From the NCBI RefSeq assembly GCF_009914755.1, contig NC_060930.1: a DNA stretch of 64,000 bases; one strand, written 5' to 3'. Position 1 is the first letter of the stretch. Every line of letters begins with the position of its first letter. The position numbers were made by a program, and so were the translations under genes. Below the pieces are notes generated by a model, which was given only the letters and a program-made list of their open reading frames with translations, was not told where the DNA came from and did no database searches. Origin of the DNA: the human T2T-CHM13v2.0 reference genome, Homo sapiens. Positions 1 to 16,265 of this stretch are shown here, piece by piece.

Positions 1-2643
1 GGAGGAGACTGGCCTCCCAGGTGGGGTATGAAAGGACACAGTCTCGGTGTCCCCTTCCAGCATCTCTCTTCCCTGCCTGTCCCCAAGGTCCAGCCCTGGC
101 ATTTCACAATCCTGCAGTCACTGCAGAATTCCCTGTCCCTTTGCTAAGAGCGCTGAGGTGGTGTAGAAGGAGGGAGCCAGGCTTCATGCCCAAGACAGAC
201 AGGGGAACAAAAGGGTGGGCTGTTGGAGAAGGGAGGAGCCCTTCAGCTCCCCCAAGCCCCAGGGGGTCAAGCCTCTCTGAGTGAATAAGCCTAGCCTGGA
301 AAGTAAAACACAGGGCAGGCCCCAAAAGGGTCATGTCTGGGCACCCTCACCTTGGCAGGGGGGTGGGGGAACATGGGCCTGCGGCAGAGGCAGGGCCCTC
401 ATGGCACCGAGCTGGGCTGCCCCCTTGGCAGGCTCACCCAGCTCAGAGGCCTCTTCAGGCTGGGAAAGCTGAGGAGGTGGATGGCTCAGACCCAACTTAG
501 AATAGAACTATCATGAGGCATTGAGTGGGGTTCTGGGTTGGTGAAGGGGGCTTCGCACAGCCTATAGAGCTCAGCAGTGGGGGTCCAGTCCCCAGCCCCG
601 GCCATACCTCACCTCAATATTTCTATCCCCTCCTAGAAGGCACAGTGGATGTACAGTGCAGGTAGAGCAGGGAAACTGAGGCACAGAGCCTGTCCTCCAG
701 CTCTGGAAACCTGCTCTGCCTGTCTGGCCACCAGCACCATCCTTGAAAATGAACCCCCATGTTTCTCACAAGCACACAGGACTCCAAATCCTACCATTCC
801 AGGGTCCTACAGGACTCCAGATCCTACCGTCTCAGGGTCCTCTTCTACCCTGGGGACATATATTTTCGAGAAAGAGGCTCCCCAAAGTGGGGCTGTGGAA
901 AGAGGGCACCGTGCCTTTTCCTGAGTCCTGGTCTGGGATTGGGTGACGAGACCAGTAAGGGGCTCAGCCACAGCTCTGGGCTCCAACCCCGGCTCTGCTT
1001 CTCACTAGCCATGAGGCCTTGGGCAAGTTACTGAAGCCTCTCAGGGCCTCAGTTTCCTCCTCGGAGAACAGGACTAAGTCTCCCTGCTCTTGTCTCTCAT
1101 AGTTGATAGTATCCAAAAGGTCCTGGTACCCCACCCAGGACTCATACCCTTAATCACTAGTCCTCCCTCTTCCTCCTCACCAGGGGCCCAAGGGCTCAAG
1201 CACTGGCAGGGGCTGCTGAGGAGCTGACGGAGCCACTGCTGTTGATAGAGCCGGTGCCAGGCCCTGGGCAGGCACGGGGCCCAGGCACACAATGGGGCTG
1301 TGTGTGCACCCAGCGTTACTCTGGAGTGGAGCTGGGCAGGCAGGCTGGCATCTGGGGTCAGGCCAAGAATTCATGTCTCTGGAGAAAGCCTCCCCACCCC
1401 CTCCCAGGCAGCACAGCTCTTTCCAGGGGTGAGCAAGCACCACCCACTCCCCCACCCGGCCTAGGAAGGGAATGGGAACTTGCCCTGGTGGCAGGTACTG
1501 GGAAATGGGGACTCCTGAGTCTAGCCACTGGCTGGGCTGCTCGCTTGCGAGGCATTTTGGACCTATTACGTAATCTGGGGTTGCAGCCTCCTCTTTGGCC
1601 AGAGGGAGGGTGAAGTCTGCGGGGGCCAGGAGAAGGAGCAAGAGAAGTCTGGCTGCGACCCCCACCCCATACAGAGGGCCTCAGTCCTCCCTCCCCAGCT
1701 TACCAGGGCCCTGGGCTCAGCACAGGTTTTCTGAGGCACCCAGGACTCCTGGCCACCCAGCCTGCACCAGGGTGCTGGGGTACCCCAGGAGAGGAGCTGG
1801 CTCACTCCCCAGGAGAATGAGTCACCAGCTGGCTGCAGCCAGGATGGCGAGGCAGGTGGTGGGCAGGTGGAGCTTGTCCTCTCCTGTCCCTGGCAGGTCT
1901 TCTCAAGCTGGAAAGCCACTCAGCTGGTATCAGTGCTGACCACAGCATCCCAGCCCAGGCCTCACTGGGCCACTTCTTCTGGTGCAGGGACCGTCTGGCC
2001 ACAGGATTCAGAGAGACTTGATCCCCTCCGGTCCCTACGCTGACTCACTCTTATAGCTGTAGGCATGGGCAGCCTACTCCTCTAATTGTCTCTGAGAGGG
2101 TGTCAGGCTGCAGGGAAGGGCAGCCACCTACCCCCAGGGAGAAACGCGGTCTGAGGCGAGGAAGGAGGGGAGAACTCAGGCACCTGGTGGGCAGCAGGGA
2201 AAGGCAGACAGCCAGGCCACCTTACTCCTCAGGCTGTGGCCAAAACAGGGAGGGCCCCTTTGCATGAATCATTTTCTATTCTCCCCAGAGCCAGGAGGCA
2301 CCCAGGAACAGGAGCTAACTGGCCCTGCTCCCTGGCTGGCTAGACATGTGGCACCCTCCCTCACGCCCAGTCATAACGACACAGATAGGCGTCCTGATGC
2401 ATGCCACCCACACTCCCTGAAGGTCATACACAAAGTCACAGTGGCAGCCCAGCCCAGTGGACACAGTTGGATGGCCACCCATCCCCTGACACCCACAGGA
2501 ACCCCCCAGCCTGAGCTAGAGTGGGCCACACCACATCCTGTAGGCCCCAAACAGTGCTGAGTCTGGGAGCACCTCAGCTCCGAGGGCTCCTTCCTGGTCA
2601 GAGGGCAAGGACCTTTCCCAGCCAAGACCACTGCACTGAGTCC

Positions 2644-2805
2644 TGTGTGTGCGTGTGTGTGTGCACGTGTGTGTGTGTGTGTGCGTGTGCATGTGTGTGT
2701 GTGTGTGCATGTGCATGCGTGTGCATGTGTGCGTGTGTGTGCATGTGCATGCATGTGCGTGCATGTGCGTGCGTGTCTGTGTGTGTGTGTGTGTGTATGC
2801 ATGTG
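2644..2805. repeat. Compound (TG)n/(TGCA)n microsatellite
   Basis: About 160 bp of alternating purine-pyrimidine tgtgtg/tgcatg; source of spurious HT/CV-repeat ORFs. Confidence 0.9.
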
Positions 2806-3818
2806 CTTCTACCACCCCTACTCTGAGAAATCACTCCCATGCCCTGAGAAAAGAGACGGTGAGAACCAAAGGGCCTTCGGAACCTGAGCCCATCGTGTTT
2901 GTTTTCCAGATGAACAAACTGTAACTCACATTGGGGAAGTGTCTTTGTTCTAGATTATGAATAAGGCTGAATCTGGAACCCAGGCTGGGGTAGCTTATGG
3001 CTAGTCAGACAAAGCAGAGGATGGGGAAGAGGGAGCAGGGGCGAGAAGGAAGAAAAGGGAGGCGAGGGAAAATTCATCACCAGATCAGAGGTGCGGCCTT
3101 GATGGTATCATTCCATTCATTCATTTCAAATATTTCTTGAGCACTTACTACATGCCAGCACTCTGGCAGGGCCTTTCTGCCCATATCACCCCTCCCTCCT
3201 GTGAGACACTGCTTCTGAGACGGACTATTGTCTTCAGGGGACCCCCATCCCGAGGGTGCGGGGAGACTGGGGCAGCGCTGGAAGCTCTACCCTTGAGTGG
3301 CGGCCCGGCCCCAGAGAGGCCCTGGAGGCAGCCTCCTCTGCCCTCCACACCCCAAGGGACTCCAGCCCTCAGGGAATCCAGTGACCACAGCACTCCAGAC
3401 CCTGATATACAGGTTGGCACTCCTCCGGGAGTCCATGCCAAGTCAGAGGGCACAAAATGTCAGACGACAAGGAGCCTGGGAGTCACCTACCAGAAAGTCC
3501 CAGGTTGATGTTAGCAGCAGCACTCCCATTTTCAGACAAAGTCGGCCTGGACCCTTGATATGTAAAACATGAGGATGAAGCCGCTCCATGGAGCACCAGG
3601 AGTCAGTGTGAGGAGCAGGAGAGCAGCATGGGGAGTGGGAGGACCACCCCACCTGGCCTCCAACCAGGGCCTCCCCCACGCTCCCAGATAGTACCCAAGG
3701 CACCTTCTGGGACTGTGACGAAGAATCTGAAAACCACAGTTTTCTCTGGCCTCTCCATGTTGCGGAAGTCTGGAGGAAGCAGGGAGTATGTGCGGACCAC
3801 ACAGCTTAGGGAGAGCTA

Positions 3819-4249
<431 letters not shown>

Positions 4250-6584
4250 TCTCACGGATTCAGGTCCTCCCATGCTCCCAGTACAGGGCAAAAAGCTCCA
4301 CGTACATCACGCCTATGACCCAGGTATTATCATTTCTTTCTTGTATATAAAGAAGTGGGCGTTCAGGAAGATTAAGTGACTCATCCAAGGTCACCCAACC
4401 TGTGAGTGGCAAAGCCCAGATTCCAACCCAGCACATAGCTCTTGACCCCCACTGCAGCCTTGCAGACATCACCACTGTCGTGGTGCCTGGCTATAACAAC
4501 TTCCTCTGAGCCCCACTGCAAGCCTCATCTCACTCAAAGAAAAGCTGAGAGGTCTCCTACCCAACTCACCCCAACAGGATGTCACATACGGAGCTTCTCA
4601 GTAATATAGCACTACCACTGCTACTAATACCACCACCTCTCTATTATACAGCACTTTCTATTTAGGCAGTTCATACAGTATTATCTTACTTAATCCTCAC
4701 AACACTACACTCCCATCTCCATCTCACAGAGGAGGAAACTGAGGCATACAGAGGTTGATGAGTTGCCCAAGTTTACACAGCTAGGAAAGAGCCGAGCTAG
4801 GATTCAACCCCAGGCAGTCTCACCCCAGTGGTACACCCCCTCCCTATAATGTCTGCTGGCTCCTCCTTCAGCGGTAGCTGTCACAAGCACCATAGTTTGG
4901 GGCTTGCCTCCCTCCTCTGAGGCCTCTCTGCAGGGGTCTGAGGCCAACTGGACCCCTGAGGGGTGGATGTGGGAAACCTATCTGATGAGCACCTTCAGCT
5001 CATCCTCTCCAGCTGTGGTAACACCATCCCCACCACCCACCCACTCACAGGAGCTAGAGCTGGAAGGATGAGATCCTGGGAGAGCAATCAACGCACAAGC
5101 ATGAATAGGACACCTACTGCATGCCAAGCTTCAAGCTGTGGCAGGTGCAGGAAGTAGAAGATTCTGTCCTTGCTCTCCTGCCAGAGGCTCCAGTCCCCAG
5201 AAATGTCCAAAGGAGTAGCCCCTGCCACCCCCACCCCCTTTAGTGCTGGCTGCACCAGATGTTGGCAACACTTAGAAACAGGGCTAAAAATAGACTCTAT
5301 AATGAGTCTGTGCTAAGAATAACTTGGGCAAACAGCCCTCCAGGAGAGGACACTCTCTGACAGGGAGCCACCACCTCCTCCCACCTCACAACCCAGCCTG
5401 GCCTACCCCCTGGCCCATCACTCAGAGTCCCCCACAGCTAGCAGAGGACCTGGAGCATTTCGAACCTAACTGCTGTGTTGATGGAGGCATCGGCATGCCC
5501 GCGTGCACCCTACATCACAAGCCAGGTGACCGGCCACCCTCCATGAAGGGTGGGGGCATCAAAGGACTGGGCAGAAGCTGGTGGGAACTCCCTGCTCCAG
5601 GCAGAGCTGTACTGAGGCACCAAGTCACTTGAGTTGTTTCCCCACTCTAACACCAACTCCCAGCAGGAAACTAGGAAAATAGGGCCCCCCAGCTCGAAAA
5701 TCGTGCTTCATTTCATGTCTCACCTGTGACATGGGTCCCTCGAGTCAGCTAGACCGGCCCACTTCAGACATGTTCAGGGGAACTGAGAGCAGAGAGAGGC
5801 AGCAGTACACTGAAAAGCAGACATCAACTGTGGCCGGGGGAGGGGATCAGAACTTTAGGGCCCCAACCATGCTAGCTCCCACAGCCAGGGCCTCCTTTTC
5901 CCATGTCCTCACTGCCCCCAGAAATTATAAGAACTGTCAGACTCATGGATATCTGCATATGGATTGAAAATTAGTAGAGCACGTTCATGTATGATATCAG
6001 AGCTGAACTTCTCAAAAACTCCAGAAGACAGACAAGATGATGAGTTTCATTACACAACTGAGGAGAATGAGGCTCAGGAAATGGAATTAACTTGCTAGGG
6101 GCCCTGCAGCTGGGATGAAGCCTTATTGCCATCTATTAGTCTGAGAAGGATCTCCCAGCAGCCATAAACTAGGCATAGCTCCATCTCATAGCAATGCCCA
6201 GAAGGAAACAGACACCCTCTAATGCTGGGAGCAAGCAGGAGGGGGCCAGAAAAAGGTAAGGAGCTCTCAGGAGGAAACAGCAGCACACACAACACTTCTC
6301 TGAGGACAAAGGAAGAAGGAAGAGGAAGAGGTATCCTGGGCAGAGCACTGGCCATGGAGTCAGGAGCAAGGAGTCTGGCCCTAGCTCTGTAACAGGTAAC
6401 TGCATAACCTGGGAAAATCCCTTCCTAAGTTTCATTCCAGGTCTTAGTTTCTCTATCTGGAAAATGGGGCTTTAAACACCAGGCCTTTGAGATACCCTAG
6501 AGTATATATCATGACCACATATTGGAGATGTACAACAAAAATTAGCATATCACAGGCTCTGACAAGCCCTACAGCAAAGAAAAC

Positions 6585-7225
<641 letters not shown>

Positions 7226-7468
7226 ATTTTTCTTTTTTTTTTTTTCTTTGACTTACAGTCTCCTGTGCCTGCTTGACCTCTAAACCTTTCCACAGAAAAC
7301 ATCTTGGGAAACCCTGGAATAGATTTGGAGCCACCAACTCAAATGCCTGCAGGGGCCAACAGGAAACATGAAAGCCTGAAGCAGGCCCAAACACAATCCG
7401 TTGGGACCTGCGGTTGGCTGCAAACCCTAAAGAATTCCTGACAGCTCTGGAGATTCAAGTAGTCTAGC

Positions 7469-8004
7469 ACAGGGGTCCCCAGTCCCCAGGCCACAGACCC
7501 ATACTAATCCATGGCCGGTTAGGAACCAGACCACACAGCAGGAGGTGAGTGGTGGGCAGGCAGGCAGGTGAGCGAAGCTTCATCTATATTTGCAGCCACT
7601 CCCCATTGCTCACATTACCACCTGAGCTCCACCTCCTGTCAGATCAGCAGTGGCACTGGATTCTTATAGGAGTGCAAACCCTATTGTGCATTGTGCATGT
7701 GAGGGATCTAGGTTGCATGCTCCTTAGGAGAATCTAATGCCTGATGACCTGTCACTGTCTCCCATCACCCCCAGATGGGACCGTCTAGTGGCAGGAAAAC
7801 AAGCTCAGGGCTCCCACCAATTGTACATTATGGTGAGTTGTATAATTATTTCATCATATATTACAATGTAATAATAATAGAAATAAAGTGCACAATAAAT
7901 GTAATGCTCTTGAATGATCCTGAAACCCTCCCCTGCCATCCATCCATGGAAAAACTGTCTTCCACGAAACCAGTCCCTGGTGCCAAAAAGGTTGGGGACC
8001 GCTG
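7469..8004. mobile_element. MER1A-like hAT-Charlie DNA transposon
   Basis: Terminal inverted repeats caggggtcccca ... ttggggaccgctg; about 535 bp; internal motifs typical of MER1. Confidence 0.8.
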
Positions 8005-9922
8005 GTCTACCACTTCTATTTCACTGAAGGTCTCCTTCAGGACCCATCCAACATCTTCAACAACCCTATTGAGAGGAGCAAGGAAGGGGTCAGTGCCCTG
8101 TGTCACACAACTGAGGAGACTGAGACCTAGGAGGCCAGACACCCGGCCCAGGGTCACACGGCAGTTACTGGCATGCAGGTCATGTGGCAGGTCCCATTTA
8201 TTCGGCCCTTATTGTGTACTATGTACTTCTCAGTCTTTATCTCACATAGCTCTCACAACAACCCTTTGAGGAAGGCACAGAGGAAGAAACCAATGGTCAG
8301 AGAGATTCAGTCACTGTTTGAGGACCCACAGCTAGAAAGTGGCACTACCCAGATTTGAACTCTAGTATCCCGAATCCAGAACTCAGGCCCTCAGGCCAGC
8401 TCTCCCATTTACTAGCTAGGTAACCTTGGGTGAGAGATTTAACCTCTCTGGGCCTCAGCTTCCTGAGGCCCATTTTATTATCCCTGTAAAATGGGATAAT
8501 AAAAAGACCTGCATTCGGTTGTTGTATAAAGTTTGCAAATATATAAAAGTGCTTAGCACAGCGCTGGCACACAGGAGTGCCAATATATGTGACCTGTCAT
8601 TAAACACCACATTCTACTGTGGGAGCTCATGCCTGAGCCTCTGGGCTCTGTGCTCAGTGGGTTGGAAGCCACCCACAGCCTCCTGAAAACTGGCCCCTGC
8701 CAATCAGTCCTAGGTTACTGCCTCTCCACCTGCCACCACAGCCCCTTAAGCTGGGACTCCTGGGGTACTCAATGAAGAGTGGAGCTTTAGAGGTTGGGGG
8801 TTCCCAGATTTAGGCCAGATCTGGGTCTCATCATCTGAGGCCCCTACTGGGCTGCCTGCACTCAAAGCTGGGGATATCCCCAGCCTGCCATGGGTCACAG
8901 GCTTCTCCTCCCACTGCCCTAGGTCACAGGGTAGGGAGGCCAGGGGCTCTCCAGACAGGCAGCTGATGTCCTCATGACCTTCCCCAGTCCTCCCAGCCTT
9001 AAAGACGACAATCATAACCCACCCAGAGCTCTTCATACTTCCTGCAGCCGGTTCATCCACAATAGGTCACAAGATGGGCATCACCACCCAGGAGGCTGGC
9101 CGCTCAGGAGACAGTGTGCCTCCTTTACAGATGGAGAAACTGAGGTCCTGACTAGGCCAAGCACTTCCCAGGGCAGGGATCTAAATAGTGGGAAGTCTTC
9201 TGGCTTCTGGATAGGGCTCAAGCTGAGAGCCAGGTTGCAGGCCAGGCCCACGTGGGTCTCACCCATAGTGACTACAGATCCTGCAAGCTGGGGGAGGGGG
9301 CATCAGTAAGGCCGAGTCCTTCTCTACCCCACCCCACCCCAGCCAGGGAGACTGGCACAGCCCTCACCCATATATAATTATTCCATCATATATTACAATG
9401 TAATAATCATAGAAATAAAGTACACAATAAATGTAATGTTCTTGAATAATCCTGAGACCCCAACCTCCACCCAACCCCCTGCTCCAGCAAGCATGGGCAG
9501 CTCCTGCCAGGCCTGACCCTGCAGCCTTCCACTGACGGCAGCCTCCCACCTTTCCAGGTAGCTCTCCAGCCCCCAGCCCCAGCCCCCAGGACCCAGGCCA
9601 ACCATTCACCCCAGGCATCACCCCCTCTCATCGTCCCCACCTGACACAGGGTCATCACCCAGGAATCCCTCTCTGACCACTCTGCTCCCTCCTCTGCTGA
9701 CCCACAGTCTTGGTAACCACCTTGCTAAGAACTGGGCCCTGATTCTCCAGTCAGACCATGAGGTTTGCTGAGGACAGGCACCCTGGCCATAGCACTGCTG
9801 CTGCGCCTTATATTCAGTAGGTGCTCTATAAACATGGCACAGGAGGGACAGAATCTCTAATGCAGTGGCACCAAAGTTTTGGACCATGGCTCACAGAAAA
9901 ATATACTTTATTTGACACTAGG

Positions 9923-9961
<39 letters not shown>
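9923..9961. repeat. (CA)n microsatellite
   Basis: Near-perfect CA run. Confidence 0.9.
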
Positions 9962-9963
<2 letters not shown>

Positions 9964-10534
9964 AACATGTTCTACACAACAATGCTTACTGATACTGAGC
10001 AATACACTTGAATATTTTCTAGTCTCTTCTTTTTCATTAAAAAAAAATTCATGGAGACCCACCAAACTGATTTCATGGCTGAATTAGGGTCCAATTAGTG
10101 GCCCTGATCCACAATTTGAAAAACCTCCCTCCAAAAGTATCTGTGCAGCCCAACTATCTGCCTGGCGCGTGGCCCTCTCTACAACAGGCGCCTAATAATG
10201 GCATCCATCTGTCAGACACTTACTCCAGGCCAGACCTGTGCTAAGCATTTTACTATGGTGTCTTATTTCATCCTCACCATCACCCTAGGAGATAGGAACT
10301 GCTATCACCCCCATTTTAAATGTGGTGAAACTGAGGCCTGAGGCCAAACAGTAACTGGCTCAGACAGAGCTGAAAACCAGGCCTGTGTGAATCTGAAGCC
10401 AGATTCAGAACCACTGCACCCTCATGCCCACAGATGAGTGGCCTTCAACTGCTCTCTCAAGACTACACCCTGGCAGGGAGCTCACTCTCCTAGGAAGTCT
10501 CTTCCAACTCCAACTACTAATAAACCATTCCTTA

Positions 10535-10836
10535 TATTATTATTATTATTATTAAGGCAGAGTCTCCCTCCGTCGTTCAGGCTGGAGTGCAGTGGTGCAA
10601 TGTAGGCTCATTGAACCCCTTCGCCTCCTGGGTTCAAGCGATTCTCCTGCTTCAGCCACCCAAGTAGCTGGGATTACAGGCACATGCCACCATGCCCAGC
10701 TAATTTTTTGTATTTTAGTAGGGACGGGGTTTCACCATGTTGGCCAGGCTGGTCTCAAACTCCTGACCTCAGGGGACCCGCCCACCTCGGCCTCCCAAAG
10801 TGCTGGGATTACAGGCGTGAGCCACCGCACCTGGCT
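10535..10836 (-). mobile_element. Alu
   Basis: Antisense Alu with (TTA)n tail. Confidence 0.9.
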
Positions 10837-11894
10837 CCATTCGCTATATTAATTTAACTCTTTATAGCTGTGGGTTACTTTGATTACTTAATTGGGGATG
10901 GCACAGAGAAAAGAAAGGGCTCCCTGGCCAGAGCCCACAGGCTGCAAGGCCAGCCCTCACACCCCTCCCAGCAGACCCTCCATCCTCCTCCTCTCCCATA
11001 CTTCTATTGGAACCCAGAAAAGGGGCAGGGGTGTGGGTGAGGGGCCCACCTGTGGGCTGAGTGGACCATTCTGCCATTCTCCCTCACTGATATAGCTGCC
11101 CTGGAGCAAGTCACTCTAGCCCCTGGGCCTACATGTCCCCATCTGCAAAATGGGAATGATAGCAGCATCCCCCTCATGGGGTGACTGAGGGTGAAGGGGC
11201 TGGTACAGATGAATCACTGGGCACAGTACCTGACATGGAATAAGGCCAGGTAAACATGAGCTCTTACTATCAATCTCAGTTCCAGCTCAAACTTCCACCA
11301 TCAAAAATGATCGTCAGGAGCCCTGGGCAGTTTTTTGCCATCTGCACACAAACATGCTATGTCCTGGTGAAGTGTTAACCTGTGCAGGCACTTAGTGGGA
11401 GGCTGGCTCTATTCTGAGCACTTTATGTGAGTAAAGTCTTTTACTCTTCAGAACTCACAAGGTGGGCACTATAACTGTCATCTCCATGTTACAGATGAGG
11501 AAGCAGAGGAGGATAACTTGCCAGCATCATGAAACTGCAAAACGACAGGGCCAGGATTCAAGCAGGTGGATGTAGAGCATATGCTCCCAGCCCCTAATGT
11601 AAATGGGTATTCACTGTGGCCTGGCCAGTGACATGCTAAGCCCATCCTGCCCATGACCTTCTCACTCGACCCTTGAAATAAGCCTGGAGAGATGAGGAAA
11701 CTGAAGCACAACTCTGGCTGACTCCTGATTTCCCACGCTGTCCAACCTGCACTCCAGAGCTTGGCCACCTTCTTCCCCATTCTTTCCCTCACCCCAGCCT
11801 TGGCCATGCTCAGAGACCCCCACCCCTCCCCAAAGACATCCCAATGCCAGTGCAGCCTGAGGGGCCTCATCCCTACCCACCCACCTCCCCAAAG

Positions 11895-12008
11895 ACACCA
11901 CACGCATGCACATACACTCACACAGATGCACACAGGCTAACACACATGGACACACATTCACACACATGCTCACACACATGCACACACTCACACACATGCA
12001 CGCGTGTG
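11895..12008. repeat. Degenerate (CA)-rich simple repeat
   Basis: Reiterated cacacatg/cacactca units. Confidence 0.75.
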
Positions 12009-13734
12009 CTCTCATACCTTCGAGAGGGCAGCCCCCTGGAAGGAGGCCCCTGGAATGCTCAGCTCCTCCAGGGGCCGGAGCCCAGGGCCGCACCCCAGCC
12101 CCAGGGCCGGGCTCAGTTTCCTCATTTCCCCGGCGGCTGCTGTTTCTCACCCAGCCCCCTGCACCTCAGCTGGAGAGGAAGTTGCACAATCCCCTGGGAG
12201 CTGCAAATGCGGCCGAGGATTACTCACAGCACAGAGGGAACTGCGCCCCGACGGCACAGTCCCACACCGCAGCCTACCCAACACAGACTGCTTCAATCTC
12301 ACCCGCCCGGCTCCAGGCGCCCACAGCGCTCCTTGGTCCTCCCACAGGAGGCCTCTCATGGCCGCCCTGACCCCAGCCTGACCTCAGAGGGCCCTAGGCA
12401 GATGGAGAGACACAGAGCAGCAAGAATTTCGCCAGAGTCCCAATCCCACCAGGTCCAGGGTGGGCCTAACCCTAACCCCAGCCCCGCTTCCTAGAGACAT
12501 GTGTCCTTCTAGCCAGAAGCCCCACAGCTCACCATCTTCCTGACTGGCCATACACCTGCAGTCTTGGCCTTGGGCCTTCCCAGGGCCTCCAGACACCCAG
12601 GTCGAGGCCGTACTACAGCCCACCTTGAAATGGAGCCTGAGATCAAGCAGAGCCCTGGGCAGCTCCGGGAAGATCCACACCACCGCACACTTTTCACTTG
12701 TGCAGAAACTGTTCTTGATACACATGCAAGTTCAGTGGTTCCTCAGCCCCCCAGCACTTTTTTAGCAGCCTGCCAAAGAGACTGGGCAGAGATTTCACTT
12801 AGTGCTTCTTTCTGGTGGCCAAGGGATTCCCATCGTTGATAAGCAAATACCCTGTATTAAGAAAGGTTAAGCTATTATCGGTCGTCTGCGTCTCAGGGTG
12901 GATGAGTTTACTGGGCCCTTTCGTGAGTGCAGGTTTCAGGAAGGAAGCGGGCAGCAGAGAGGAGATGAGGCAGGCCGTGGCTCCTGGAGAAGGCAGGAGA
13001 TGCCAGCAATGTGAGGGAAGCCCAGAACAGTGAGGCCAGAGAGGCCCAGGGAGGATGGACCCAGACTCTGGTCCAACCCTGGGCCTCCCTGGGCTGGCAA
13101 ATTCTGGAAGGACACAAAGGATGAGTAGGAGCCAGGCCTGGGTGTGCAGAGCCCCCAGGGAGGACCTCTGGCTCCCGCCCCTTGCCGCCCGAGACCTGCA
13201 ATGGGGCCTCAGATAAGGAACATGATAAATACCTCTTATCACCCCCACAACCTTGGACTCCCATCCAGCTAAGGACAAAGTTGGAAATGTTTTTGTCCTG
13301 GGCCCCAAGGCTCCCAGAGAACCCCTCATTTCTGCAGCCCTCATCAAAAGGCTGGGGCCCGCAGGGACTGTGGGGGAAGCGCCTCACAGCCCCTGCAGCA
13401 GCACGAACCAGGACTGAGGTTCACAGCGGTCACCTGATGCCTCCAGCTTGGTGGACAGGGAACACAGTCAAGGAAGAAGGGCCAGTGCTGAAAAGGCCTG
13501 GCTCTACTGGAACGCAACAGCCACAAGGCCCCTTTGCAGGGACGCCTCCCCCAAAATGCCTGCACATTCACCATCTCCCCCATCCTGACAAGAGCCCCAT
13601 GAAGGGGAAGGGCAGCAACGCTTGCTATCCGTTTTTCAGATTCCAAGGAGGCTGAGGCTCAAATCACTTAAGTGACTTCCTCGAGGCCATGCAGCAAGTT
13701 TATGGCAAATCTGTTTCCTGGCTCTTTTCCTAGA

Positions 13735-13902
13735 TCAGAGTTTCTCAACCTCAACACCAGACACTCAGGGCCAGGTAATTAGTTACAGGGGCTGTCCTGT
13801 GCATTTTAAGATGTTTAGTGGTATCCCTGGCCAATATCATCAGACATTGGCAAATGTCCCCTAGGGGGACAAAATCACCCCTAGTGGAGAACTACTGCCC
13901 TA
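13735..13902. mobile_element. MER20-like DNA transposon (internally deleted)
   Basis: cagagtttctcaacctc ... cagacattggcaaatgtccc ... gagaactactg, matching MER20 ends. Confidence 0.7.
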
Positions 13903-14370
13903 GAAGCACCTAAAAGATGGGCACCTGCCAATTCCAAATTGAACGGTACACCTGCTGAGGGCTCTAGCCTGAGAGTCTCCCCCTCTCCCCCACCAGATGT
14001 GCTAGGCAAGAGGGCCTGAAGGGTGATGGGTACTCTGTGGTTCAGTACCCTCTGGGAAGAGGCTTCTTAGCCCCAGCAGGCACTGCCACTTAGGGGGTCT
14101 CCCCACAAGACCAATATCACCTTCCAACTCCCAAGCTACATGCCAACCCCCTTCCTGGCATTCAATATTACCCTGATCTTTCAACCGTTTTGATCATATA
14201 TTCCTATCAGTAAAAACTTTTGAGCACTCTCAATATATGCTTCTTTCCTTGTAAATTGCTTATATATACCCCGATGCATGAATATATTATAGATGTCAGC
14301 AAACATACCCCAAAATTATATATTTTTAAAATGAGAATGAAAATGCAATACACCAGGATGAGACATGTTA

Positions 14371-14700
<330 letters not shown>

Positions 14701-14986
14701 TTAACAGACTACGGCTATACACAACATAAGTGACTCTCACAAATACACTGTTGGGTGGGAAAAGCCTGACGTAAAAGAACATGTCCAGCGCCATTCCATC
14801 TGTATTAAATTCAGAGTCAGGCAAAACTAAACTCAGCTAAGGGATGCAGACATAGGTGGTTACATAATAAAAGAGGCAAGGAGCTGATTATCGTACAGTC
14901 AGGATAGTGATTACCTCTGGGGGTGGAGGGCACATGAGTTGATTTTGGCGTACAAGCTACATTCTGTTGTTTATTCACCTGGGTGA

Positions 14987-15296
<310 letters not shown>

Positions 15297-15966
15297 GGGG
15301 TTCACTTTTATAATTATTTACTACATTATATGTGTATGTTTATGCTTTTTAAGCAACTATGCTATATTTCACAATTTTAAAAGAAAGAAAAGAATGAGAT
15401 ATAAGTAAATAGATACAGTATTTTCTTCCCATACCTAGTTTCGCAAAACACTATAATTAGATCCAAAGAAGTGGATGACAACCTATAGTTAGGCACAGGT
15501 CTGGAGTAGTGATAATGCTTGGGGCTGTCTAGGGAGGGTCCCTTCCCCCAGTTGGCCCAGGCTGCTGGCTGCCCCTCAACCCACAGGAGCCGACTACCAT
15601 AGCCTCTTTCACCCGCCACCCCGCCCAGGATGTCCCAGCCACCACACACCCCTTCCTGGCCATGGGTAGGGGGTTGCGTCAGGCTGGGCACCTTCGCAGC
15701 CACCTCACCCTACCGTGGACCATTCCTCTGGGCCCCTGACAGCAGGACTTGGAGGCTGACTGTGAGAAAGGTACTGGTGGGGTGGGCCCTGGTCATCCTT
15801 TGAACACATCAAAAGAAGGAAGGTGGCAGAGAAGGAAATAAAGAGGAAGGAGAGAAGGGGAGACAAAGAGCAGGAGAGAGAGAGATAGTCCAAGGCTGCA
15901 GATGCTGTGGAACTAGATGGAGGCTCAGAGGGTGGCGGAGGGTGGAGGGGAGAAAAAAGGCTTGTG

Positions 15967-16265
15967 GCCAGGCAAGGTGGCTCACGCCTGTAATCTTAAC
16001 ACTTTGGGAGGCCGAGGCGGCTGGATCACTTGAGCCCAGGAGTTTGAGACCAGCCTGGGCAACATGGTGAGATCCCATCTCTACAGAAAATTTTAAAAAT
16101 TAGCCAGGTGTAGTGGCACGTGCCTCTGGTCCCAGCTACTTGGGAAGCTAAGGTAAGAGGATTGCTTGAGCCCAGAAGGTTGAGGCTATAGTGAGCCATG
16201 ATTGTGCCACTGCACTCCAGCCTGGGCAACACAGAGAGACCCTGTCTGCAAACAAACAAAAAAGA
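15967..16265 (+). mobile_element. Alu (AluJ-like)
   Basis: Dimeric Alu consensus. Confidence 0.9.
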
